DNA of 64,000 bases. Source: a bacterium (GTDB taxonomy: Bacteria > Acidobacteriota > Aminicenantia > Aminicenantales > Aminicenantaceae). Both the position numbers and the translations under genes were made by a program. The stretch is taken from assembly GCA_018335295.1 (NCBI GenBank), contig JAGXKI010000002.1, forward strand, positions 2,643 to 66,642, written 5' to 3'. This document shows, in pieces, positions 29,319 to 37,714 of the stretch (positions within the stretch are counted from its first letter, which is position 1; each line of letters opens with the position of its first letter). The notes beneath the pieces were generated by a model. It searched no databases. It was not told where the DNA came from and worked only from the letters and a program-made list of their open reading frames with translations.

Positions 29319-30137
29319 TTATGTGATTCTTACCCCCGCGTATCCAACCACTTCATTGAAGTTTCCTATGATGTCTCCAGAAGTTTGATATTTGATCAAA
29401 CTTCCTTCCTGAGCTCCAAGCTTTTTTGAAGCCACTAAGGCGGAGGTTGTAGGCTGGAAACCACACATGCTTATGTTTTCTTTCGTTACCACCTCATAAA
29501 GACCTCGAGGATTCAGATTCAAGATTTGTTCAATAGCCAGAAAATCTTTCTTTTTAGCGGTTTCTTGAGAGACAAAGTGACTCATATCTGTGCTGGCCAC
29601 AATCAGAACATTTCCTGAGGATTCTTGGATGCTGGAAGCCACAGCGGTTCCCAATTCTTCCAACTCTTCATAAGACACCATGGGAGCAATACTGAAAGGA
29701 ACGATGGAAATGTCATTTTTATAATACTGTAGAAACGGCAGTTGGACTTCGAGAGAATGCTCAAGAAAATGGGCTCGGGTATCTTCTTGGATCAGATTTG
29801 AATGGCTCATAACGCTCTCAGCCAAGGAATCATCCACAGGCACATCTCCCAGCGGAGTCTCCCAAACCCCTTCCTTCATGATGGAGATTCCTGATTGCAC
29901 ATTCCTGTGATTAGGACCGAGAAGTATAAATTTCGAAGGAAGTTCCACAGAGGAAAATACGGCTCCAGCCACATAACCAGAGAATTCAAGCCCTGCATGA
30001 GGAGAGACTACACATACGGTTTCTTTTCTTTCCTGATCCTCCTCTACCATCCTTTCCACCAAACTTTTTAATCTCTCTGCATTGGCTGGATAAAATTGTC
30101 CGGCTACAGCGGGCTTTCTTTTTTTATTGTCTTTCAT
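29319..30137 (-). CDS. Memo1-family protein (AmmeMemoRadiSam system protein B homolog)
   Basis: AGQFYPA...VVSPHAGLEFSG...LGPNH motifs of the MEMO1 family. Confidence 0.75.
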   Translation of the reverse strand: MKDNKKRKPAVAGQFYPANAERLKSLVERMVEEDQERKETVCVVSPHAGLEFSGYVAGAVFSSVELPSKFILLGPNHRNVQSGISIMKEGVWETPLGDVPVDDSLAESVMSHSNLIQEDTRAHFLEHSLEVQLPFLQYYKNDISIVPFSIAPMVSYEELEELGTAVASSIQESSGNVLIVASTDMSHFVSQETAKKKDFLAIEQILNLNPRGLYEVVTKENISMCGFQPTTSALVASKKLGAQEGSLIKYQTSGDIIGNFNEVVGYAGVRIT

Positions 30138-30212
30138 ACTTGAAACATAAACATATTGGGAATGTTTGTCAATTTCTTTCCTGGCCTCAGCAAGAACTCT
30201 TCACATAGACGT

Positions 30213-31535
30213 CTATATTTTTATCCTCTTTTCCTTAAAAGAAATGTTAAACTTCTTCAACTCATGGAGGATGGGTTTATATATTTCAGGTTGAACAGGC
30301 CTTTGAACTCCCAATGTGTTTATTTTTCTTTGAAGAATCAGCTTGGCTCCAATAGCTGCAGGCAGCCCCACAGTTCGGGACATAGCTGAATTTCCTTGAG
30401 GTTCTCCATAATGTATCAGGGTGGATTCAATCGATTCCTTCCCTGCCTCCGGGTAAAGAGTTTCCAATGCAATCTTCAAGACCACCATATCCCTCTCCCC
30501 TTCTCCATATTGAAGTCTTTTCCACATAGCATCACTCAAAATTTCCAAAGGAGCTCCTTTCTCTAAAGGGAGAGGTTCATCCCTAAGAAGACCCAGCCAT
30601 TCTAAACGTTCGATGATCTCTGAGTCTACAGGAATATTCAAATACTGGCTTAAAGCTTTCCGGACATCCGGAACCCCGGGCTTATTGATCAAATGGAGGA
30701 TAAAATCTTTGAAGGTATAACCTGTCCAGTCCATCCTTTTTTCATCCAGCAATCCTATATCTACAATTTTTTTCAAGGTGGCACACCATCCTTTATATCT
30801 CAACGTGCCCCTGAGAGCTGTGTGGGTGGATCTAATCCCATAGAGATGGATGTAGGGAAAAGAATTTCGATTCGGGTACCCCTCAAATTCTCCCAAACCT
30901 TCGATGGGAACCAGAGAAAAATGATCGAAAAGATCTCCGGAGGGAACAAAGACCTGATGTCCCTCTTTTAAGTATTGGGCTGAATTCTTCCCAGCCAGAA
31001 GGGCTCCCCTGGGCCTCCAGGAAAATTTGTATCCCAAGGGGTTGGTGTTGGATTCAGGAGCGGGCAGCCCTCCGCAGTAAGAAGTAAAACTGAGTATTTT
31101 CCCTCCCTTTTCCTTCACTTTTTCAATAATCCTCATCGCCTCCATATGATCGATCCCCGGATCCAACCCCATTTCATTAAGAATAATTACTCCGGCTTTT
31201 TTGGCTTCACTCTCCAGATTTTTCATTACTTCACTGACATAAGAGGTGGTGATCATATTTTTTTTATAATCAATGCAGTATTTAGCTACTTTGGGATGAA
31301 AGGCGGGAGGAACAATGCTTATAACCATATCTGACCTGGAGATTTTGTCCTTCAAAGCCTGTTCATTTTTCAAATTCATATTGGAGATTTTTCCTCGGGG
31401 ATGATTTTCAACCAGACCGGTAACATTATGGATTTCTAAAGAGGCTACTTCCACTTCAAATTCGGGCTGATCGAGCAAATATTGAACCAATGGTTTCGCT
31501 ACCAATCCCGCACCTAACACCAGGATCTTTTTCAT
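30213..31535 (-). CDS. Saccharopine dehydrogenase (glutamate-forming; AASS SDH-domain homolog)
   Basis: Collinear with the human AASS SDH domain (KILVLGAG..., LGLDPGIDHM, SYCGGLPAPE, PLGYKFSWRPRG, EGYPNR, LRGTLRYKG). Confidence 0.85.
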   Translation of the reverse strand: MKKILVLGAGLVAKPLVQYLLDQPEFEVEVASLEIHNVTGLVENHPRGKISNMNLKNEQALKDKISRSDMVISIVPPAFHPKVAKYCIDYKKNMITTSYVSEVMKNLESEAKKAGVIILNEMGLDPGIDHMEAMRIIEKVKEKGGKILSFTSYCGGLPAPESNTNPLGYKFSWRPRGALLAGKNSAQYLKEGHQVFVPSGDLFDHFSLVPIEGLGEFEGYPNRNSFPYIHLYGIRSTHTALRGTLRYKGWCATLKKIVDIGLLDEKRMDWTGYTFKDFILHLINKPGVPDVRKALSQYLNIPVDSEIIERLEWLGLLRDEPLPLEKGAPLEILSDAMWKRLQYGEGERDMVVLKIALETLYPEAGKESIESTLIHYGEPQGNSAMSRTVGLPAAIGAKLILQRKINTLGVQRPVQPEIYKPILHELKKFNISFKEKRIKI

Positions 31536-31551
31536 GATGAAACTCCAAATA

Positions 31552-32865
31552 TCATTTCACAAAATCTTCCAAATATCTGTAATCAGGAGTGAGTTTCCCT
31601 TTATACAGAATCACAGCTTTTTTTAGAAAAAAGGGAAGGCTCCATTGATGAAAATCTTTACTGAAATCCACTTTACTCAAATAAGGAATGATGGATTTCA
31701 TCCGGGAACTAAAAAAAACAGAGGATTCCAAAGGCAGTTCCGCAGGGAGATTATCCACAGCCATCACCGCCACTCCTCTTCCCTGTATCCCTTGGCGGAC
31801 TTCCTCTTGGAGAGGATCGTAAATATACACAGGGTCATCGGGGGTTGTCACTCCTGAATTGCATTCCACAGAGCCGTGGACATCGCAAGAAATATCCGTG
31901 ATCACTTTCAACTTGGGAGAAGAAGCCCACCTCCATATATTTCTCAATGATTTTTTTCTTACAAACCGGGGATACTGAGGACTCCAATAAGCACAGTGAA
32001 CCAAAACGCTGAGATAAGGCAAATAGCGGCTTCCCACAGATGCGTATTTATGAGGATTCTGGTAATAATCTTGAAGGTTAAACGAAACATCCGGTGAAAC
32101 AGGCTGAACCATATGTTCTTCCTTAAACACCAGCTTATAAACCCGGTAAGATGAAAAATTCTTCTTTTTCATAAACTCGTGAAGCTGAGGAGGCTCTATT
32201 TCTTCGAAAGGAAGGAGGTCCAATATTTCTTGGGCCCCGGTAGAAACATTCCCATAGCCAGTGATCCCAATAACCAAAGGCACAAGAGATCTCTCCATTC
32301 CCTCTTTGTAGAGACTCCAACCTATATTTTCAATCTCTTCCTTGGCCTCAACCAAACTTCCATACTCATAAGCCTGCTTAGCCCGGGTGAAAGGATTTTT
32401 TCTCCCTTCTTCCTGGAGACGCTGACCCAAACACCAGAGAGTGTCAATCATCCCGGCTTGTCCCGCCTGTCTTCCAAAAAACAAAAATCTTTGTCCTTTT
32501 TCATCAATAATCCGTTCATAATCGATCAGCGTGCACCCCATTTCCATCATTTTCTTCAAAAAGGGCATATTTTTAGACTGCCCTTTGATGGTATGAGAGA
32601 AAAATAGATACACTTTGTTCTTCTGAAAAAAGGACAAGGGAATCTCTTTAATAGCCAGGACCACTGGACAAGGAGTGAGATCCTCTTGGACTTCAGCCCC
32701 TTCTCGAAGGAAATCTTCATCCTTAAATATCCGGACGGAAGAAGGCTGAATCCGGATATTTATTGGATATTTCTTCAGAAGCTCTCTCACATGGGCAGGA
32801 ATGAGAGGAGTTCTCCTCTCCCATTTGTTTTTATCTTCCCTTCTCAGGCCAATGAAGATGGACAT
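31552..32865 (-). CDS. Lysine-ketoglutarate reductase (saccharopine dehydrogenase, lysine-forming; AASS LKR-domain homolog)
   Basis: Collinear with the AASS LKR domain (IGLRREDKNKWERRTPL, IQPS, FFSHTIKGQ, LIDYE, GQAGMI, GYGNVSTGAQ, ITDISCD..GSVE). Confidence 0.8.
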   Translation of the reverse strand: MSIFIGLRREDKNKWERRTPLIPAHVRELLKKYPINIRIQPSSVRIFKDEDFLREGAEVQEDLTPCPVVLAIKEIPLSFFQKNKVYLFFSHTIKGQSKNMPFLKKMMEMGCTLIDYERIIDEKGQRFLFFGRQAGQAGMIDTLWCLGQRLQEEGRKNPFTRAKQAYEYGSLVEAKEEIENIGWSLYKEGMERSLVPLVIGITGYGNVSTGAQEILDLLPFEEIEPPQLHEFMKKKNFSSYRVYKLVFKEEHMVQPVSPDVSFNLQDYYQNPHKYASVGSRYLPYLSVLVHCAYWSPQYPRFVRKKSLRNIWRWASSPKLKVITDISCDVHGSVECNSGVTTPDDPVYIYDPLQEEVRQGIQGRGVAVMAVDNLPAELPLESSVFFSSRMKSIIPYLSKVDFSKDFHQWSLPFFLKKAVILYKGKLTPDYRYLEDFVK

Positions 32866-33035
32866 GTAAAAAAGACTTTTGAAAAATTTGAAAGGACAAA
32901 ATTATGACACAAATAAAGAGGAAGTTCAATTTTTTCTCTACTTATCTCTCATGAAATTCTCTTAACTTATCTATGTTATTTGTGATATAAAAGGTATCTG
33001 TCTTTTTCACGAATAATTCAGGATAATGAAAGCTC

Positions 33036-34439
33036 ATGATTCAATTCTTTAATACTCTCAGTGGAAAAGTTCAACCTTTCCATCCCCTCAAGAAAAACCA
33101 AGTCAAACTTTATACCTGTGGACCGACTGTCTACGATTACGCTCACATCGGTAATTTTCGCGCTTACCTCTTTGAAGACTTACTGAAAAGGTTCCTTCTC
33201 TTTCAAGGCTACAGAGTCCTTCATGTCATGAACCTCACGGATGTGGATGACAAGACGATCAAAGGAGCTAGGGCTGAAGGGATATCCTTAAAGGAATTCA
33301 CCCAAAAATACACCGATGCCTTTTTCCAGGATATTGACACACTAAACATCCATAGAGCTGACTACTATCCTCGAGCCACCCAACACATTTCCTCCATGGT
33401 CCGGATCATAAAGGGACTCCTCCAGAAAGGATATGCTTACGAAAAAGATGGGTCTGTTTATTATGATATCTCCAAGTTCAAGGACTACGGTAAACTTTCC
33501 AAAATCAAAATGCATAAACTGAAAACCGGAACGAGGATCGAATCGGATGAATATGAAAAAGAAAGCGCCCATGATTTTGCTCTTTGGAAATATAAGAAAG
33601 AAGGCGAACCTTATTGGGAAACTGAAATCGGTCCGGGTCGACCCGGATGGCACATCGAATGTTCCGCCATGAGTTCCCAGTACCTGGGTGATACCTTTGA
33701 TATTCACTGTGGAGGAGTGGATAATATTTTCCCTCACCATGAAAATGAAATCGCTCAATCAGAGGCTTATTCCGGAAAAGAATTCGTTCGCTACTGGCTC
33801 CACTGCCATCATCTCATCGTCAACGGAGAAAAGATGTCTAAATCCAAAGGGAATTTTTATACCCTCAGAGATCTTTTGGAAAGGGATGTCAACCCCCGAG
33901 TCCTCCGCTTTCTACTCCTTTCTACCCATTACCGTAAAATACTCAATTTCACATTCGAGGCCCTGGATCAAGCCAGCACCTCCCTGCAGAGAATCACCGA
34001 TTTTATCTATAATCTGGGGCATCAATCTTTTCCCTCAGGAGAAAGCAAAGACATCTCCCAGCTGATTCAAAACACCAAACAAAAATTCATTTCAGGACTC
34101 AGTAATGATTTGAATATATCTCAAGCTCTTCCTCCCATTTTTGAAATGATCCGGAAGGTCAACAGACTGATAAAGCAGAAAAAAGTCTACCAGAAAGACA
34201 CCCAAAACCTCAGAACTTTCATACATTCTGTGGATAATGTTCTGGCCGTCCTTCCCCAGGAAAAAGAGGAATCTCTTTCTTCTGAATTGATGGAAAAAAT
34301 CAAGCTTCGCCAAAAGGCCCGAAAAGAAAAAAATTATGAGTTGGCCGACCGTATTCGTGATGAACTCTATCAAAAGGGAATCATTCTGGAGGACACCAAA
34401 AACGGGGTTCGATGGAAGATTATAAAAAAGAAAAAATAA
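33036..34439 (+). CDS. cysS: Cysteine--tRNA ligase
   Basis: HIGN (HIGH-type) and KMSKS motifs. Zinc-binding Cys residues. Confidence 0.95.
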   Translation: MIQFFNTLSGKVQPFHPLKKNQVKLYTCGPTVYDYAHIGNFRAYLFEDLLKRFLLFQGYRVLHVMNLTDVDDKTIKGARAEGISLKEFTQKYTDAFFQDIDTLNIHRADYYPRATQHISSMVRIIKGLLQKGYAYEKDGSVYYDISKFKDYGKLSKIKMHKLKTGTRIESDEYEKESAHDFALWKYKKEGEPYWETEIGPGRPGWHIECSAMSSQYLGDTFDIHCGGVDNIFPHHENEIAQSEAYSGKEFVRYWLHCHHLIVNGEKMSKSKGNFYTLRDLLERDVNPRVLRFLLLSTHYRKILNFTFEALDQASTSLQRITDFIYNLGHQSFPSGESKDISQLIQNTKQKFISGLSNDLNISQALPPIFEMIRKVNRLIKQKKVYQKDTQNLRTFIHSVDNVLAVLPQEKEESLSSELMEKIKLRQKARKEKNYELADRIRDELYQKGIILEDTKNGVRWKIIKKKK

Positions 34440-34451
34440 AAAGGCTATCCT

Positions 34452-34820
34452 GTGAATAAAACCAAATTACCCCCCCATTCCCTAGGAAAACAGGGGGAAG
34501 AAGCAGCCGTTCAGTATTTGAAAAAGAAACATTATAAAATTTGGGAAAGAGGCTTCCGCCTTTACAGGGGAGAAATCGATATCATTGCTTCCCATAAAAA
34601 AACGCTGGTGTTTGTGGAAGTTAAAACCAGAAAGGATCCTTCTTTTGGCTATCCTGAAGAATCGGTTACCTCCAATAAGATAAAACAGATTAAAAAGATC
34701 GCTCAAGGGTACTTAACCGTGAAAAAACTCCACAATGTGGAATGCCGTTTTGATGTTCTCTCTCTTCTCTATGATCCTCAAAACGGATTTTCCATTCAGC
34801 ATTTCAAAGATGCTTTTTAG
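34452..34820 (+). CDS. yraN: YraN-family (UPF0102) endonuclease-like protein
   Basis: GEIDIIA...LVFVEVKTR motif. Confidence 0.8.
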   Translation: MNKTKLPPHSLGKQGEEAAVQYLKKKHYKIWERGFRLYRGEIDIIASHKKTLVFVEVKTRKDPSFGYPEESVTSNKIKQIKKIAQGYLTVKKLHNVECRFDVLSLLYDPQNGFSIQHFKDAF

Positions 34821-34876
34821 ATGAAAAAAACTTTGTATTTTAAAAAAAATTCAAAATGCACCATTAGGAGGCTTTT

Positions 34877-37483
34877 ATGAAATCATTATTCAAATATCCC
34901 TTATTTCTTATTTTGATCTCGCTTCTCATTTCACCAGGATTCTCTCAAAAAATACCTGAACCTAAAGAAATCCTGGGGTTCAAAGTAGGGGCTGATTATC
35001 ATCTCGCCGACTACCATCAAGCTATCGAGTACTTCAATATTTTGCAAAAAAATTCAGACCGAATCAAACTCTTGGATGAAGGAAAAACCTCCATGGGCCA
35101 AACCATGACTTATGCGGTGATTTCCTCTGCTGAAAACATATCTCAACTGGAAAAATACAAGCAGATTTCTCAAAAACTGGCTCTGGTGAAAGGACTTTCT
35201 TCCCAAAAAGCCAAGGAACTTTCCCAAAAAGGAAAAGCCGTGGTATATATCGATGGAGGTCTCCATGCCTCCGAATGCGCTCCTGCCCAGCACAACATCC
35301 AGCTCGCCTACAACCTGGTCACCGCAGATGACCCTAAATCTCTTCGAATACTCGACGATGTGATTCTGGTTCTGGTCTTCGCCAATCCGGATGGAATGAA
35401 TTTGTTGGCCGAATGGTACCGGCCCCATGTGGGAACTCCTTATGAAGTGTCTCCTATGCCCCGTCTCTACCACATATATGCCGGACATGACAACAACCGG
35501 GATTCCTACACCGCCAATCTCCGCGAAACGAGAAACATAACCCGGATTGTGAATCAAATCTGGTATCCGGTGATCCTTTACAATCATCACCAGACCGCCC
35601 CCTTCCCTGCCCGGATTTGGACTCCTCCCAATTCCGAACCCACCAATCCCAATGTCCATCCTCTGATTGTCCGCTGGCAGAATATGGTGGGATCGGCTAT
35701 GGGAGCGGCCTTTGATGCCCAGGGGAAAGAGGGAGCTATATCCCGAATTGTTTTTGATACCTGGTATCCCGGCTATGTGACTCAAGTAGTGGATTCCCAC
35801 AATGTGATTTCTATACTGACCGAAACAGCCCTTTACCGCTATGCCACCCCACACTTTTTTACCGTCCATGATTTCCCCGAACAATACAAAGACCTGACCA
35901 TGTCTGCATTTTACCCCAACCCTTGGAAGGGAGGTTGGTGGCGACTTGGAGATGCCGTGGACTACTGCCTCACAGCCTCCATGTCTGTGCTGGATGTGGC
36001 TTCGAAATACAAAGAAAGGCTTCTATACAATAAGTACAAAATGGGTCATGACGTTATACAGAGATTTGAAAAAGAACCCCCTTACGCCTGGATCATTCCC
36101 TCAGAACAAAGAGACCCGGGCACGGCTTCTCTCCTTCTTAACCGAATGATTTTGTTAGGAATTGATGTCTACAAGACCACAAAATCTTTTCGCTGTGATG
36201 GAATCCAGTATCCCGCAGGAACCCATATCATCCCCATGACCCAGCCTTTTGCTCTGTTCATAAAGAATATGTTCGAAGCTCAGGAATACCCGGACCTGAG
36301 GAAATATCCAGACCTATGGCAGGGTCTGATCAATCCCAAAAAATTCGAAGGAGCTCCTTTTGAAGCCTACGATATGATGGGATGGACTCTTCCTTACCAG
36401 TTTGGAGTGGAGGTCCATTCCGCCAACACTCCGGTCCATCCCTCTATGGAACCAGTCCAGGAAGTCCAGTTTCAAGAAGGAACCATTGAGGGAAAACCAG
36501 GATACGGTTACCTTCTTCCTCATGAGGAAAACGCTAGTTTCACCGCCATGAACCGAATCTTTCAAAAAGAAACTCAAATTCTATGGGCCCAATCTTCCTT
36601 TTCCTCGAACGGGAAAAAATATTCGCCTGGAACTATCATCATCCCTTCCCAACATGTCAGCCGGTCCTTTATGGAAGGATTGAGTCAAGAACTGGACCTG
36701 AAAATAACCGGGATCAAGCATCGACCCCGCACCCAAACTCGAAAAATCAACCCTGTTCGAACCGGAATGTATAAATCATGGGTTCCCAGCTCCCAAGAAG
36801 GTTGGACTCGGTGGATCTTCGATAAATATGAGTTTCCCTACACTAGCCTCCGTGACGCCGATATCAAAGCCGGAAAACTCATCCAGAATTACGACACCAT
36901 AATCATTCCCGATACATACCGACCTGAAGTGGTAATCCACGGACATAAAAAAGGAACCATGCCTCCCAAGTATACAGGAGGGATTACCTTAAAAGGACTC
37001 CGCAACTTGAAGCAGTTTGCCCAAAAAGGAGGGACCCTGATCTTTTTCAACAGGGTATGCAGCCTGGCTACCGAGTATTTTGATATTCCTGTCCGGAACG
37101 TCTTGAAAGGAGTGAAGGATGAAGATTTTGTCTGCAGCGGAGCTATTCTTCGTATGAATTTTGACAATCAACATCCCATCGCTTACGGAATGCCTGAGGA
37201 AGCAGGGAGTGTGTTTGCTCGAAGCTGTGCTTTCGAGGTTCTTCCCTCTTTCGAAAAAAATAAAAAGCCCCAGAGTGTGGCCACCTATTCAGAGGAAAGC
37301 CTATTGATGAGTGGATGGATTTACGGCGAGTCCCTCATTCAACAGAAAAGCTCCATTTTGGAAGTCCCTTACGGAAAAGGAAAGATAATTCTCCTTGGTT
37401 TTCCTGTCCAGTACCGAGCTCAACCTTATGGCACATTCAAACTTCTATTCAATTCCATCCTCTATGCCAACTCAGAGAACTGA
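34877..37483 (+). CDS. Secreted M14-family zinc carboxypeptidase-like protein (868 aa)
   Basis: Signal peptide. M14-like regions (VVYIDGGLHASECAP...VLVFANPDGMNL). Confidence 0.7.
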   Translation: MKSLFKYPLFLILISLLISPGFSQKIPEPKEILGFKVGADYHLADYHQAIEYFNILQKNSDRIKLLDEGKTSMGQTMTYAVISSAENISQLEKYKQISQKLALVKGLSSQKAKELSQKGKAVVYIDGGLHASECAPAQHNIQLAYNLVTADDPKSLRILDDVILVLVFANPDGMNLLAEWYRPHVGTPYEVSPMPRLYHIYAGHDNNRDSYTANLRETRNITRIVNQIWYPVILYNHHQTAPFPARIWTPPNSEPTNPNVHPLIVRWQNMVGSAMGAAFDAQGKEGAISRIVFDTWYPGYVTQVVDSHNVISILTETALYRYATPHFFTVHDFPEQYKDLTMSAFYPNPWKGGWWRLGDAVDYCLTASMSVLDVASKYKERLLYNKYKMGHDVIQRFEKEPPYAWIIPSEQRDPGTASLLLNRMILLGIDVYKTTKSFRCDGIQYPAGTHIIPMTQPFALFIKNMFEAQEYPDLRKYPDLWQGLINPKKFEGAPFEAYDMMGWTLPYQFGVEVHSANTPVHPSMEPVQEVQFQEGTIEGKPGYGYLLPHEENASFTAMNRIFQKETQILWAQSSFSSNGKKYSPGTIIIPSQHVSRSFMEGLSQELDLKITGIKHRPRTQTRKINPVRTGMYKSWVPSSQEGWTRWIFDKYEFPYTSLRDADIKAGKLIQNYDTIIIPDTYRPEVVIHGHKKGTMPPKYTGGITLKGLRNLKQFAQKGGTLIFFNRVCSLATEYFDIPVRNVLKGVKDEDFVCSGAILRMNFDNQHPIAYGMPEEAGSVFARSCAFEVLPSFEKNKKPQSVATYSEESLLMSGWIYGESLIQQKSSILEVPYGKGKIILLGFPVQYRAQPYGTFKLLFNSILYANSEN

Positions 37484-37493
37484 AACCATTTTA

Positions 37494-37612
37494 TCGCGTT
37501 ACTTGCGTTGATTGCGTTACTAGAGTTTGTTGCGTGGATAGAAAGTGAGAAAAACGAGAAAGGCAATAAAAGCTAATAGAGTTCATTGCGTTTGCAGCGT
37601 TATTTGCGTTAA
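37494..37612. repeat. Two arrays of 9-bp tandem repeats (TTGCGTTAC x3 at 37494-37520; TTGCGTTTG/CAGCGTTAT/TTGCGTTAA at 37586-37612)
   Basis: GCGTT pentamers at 37496, 37505, 37514 and at 37588, 37597, 37606, exactly 9 bp apart, in the gap between two convergent peptidase genes. Confidence 0.6.
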
Positions 37613-37714
37613 GAAATAGCAAGAAAAGCTAGAAAGAAATATCTAATTTAATTCAAATAATTTTGAATTTTGCCTTTTGATTTTAAGTTTTTGAATTTTG
37701 AATTTTGGATTATT

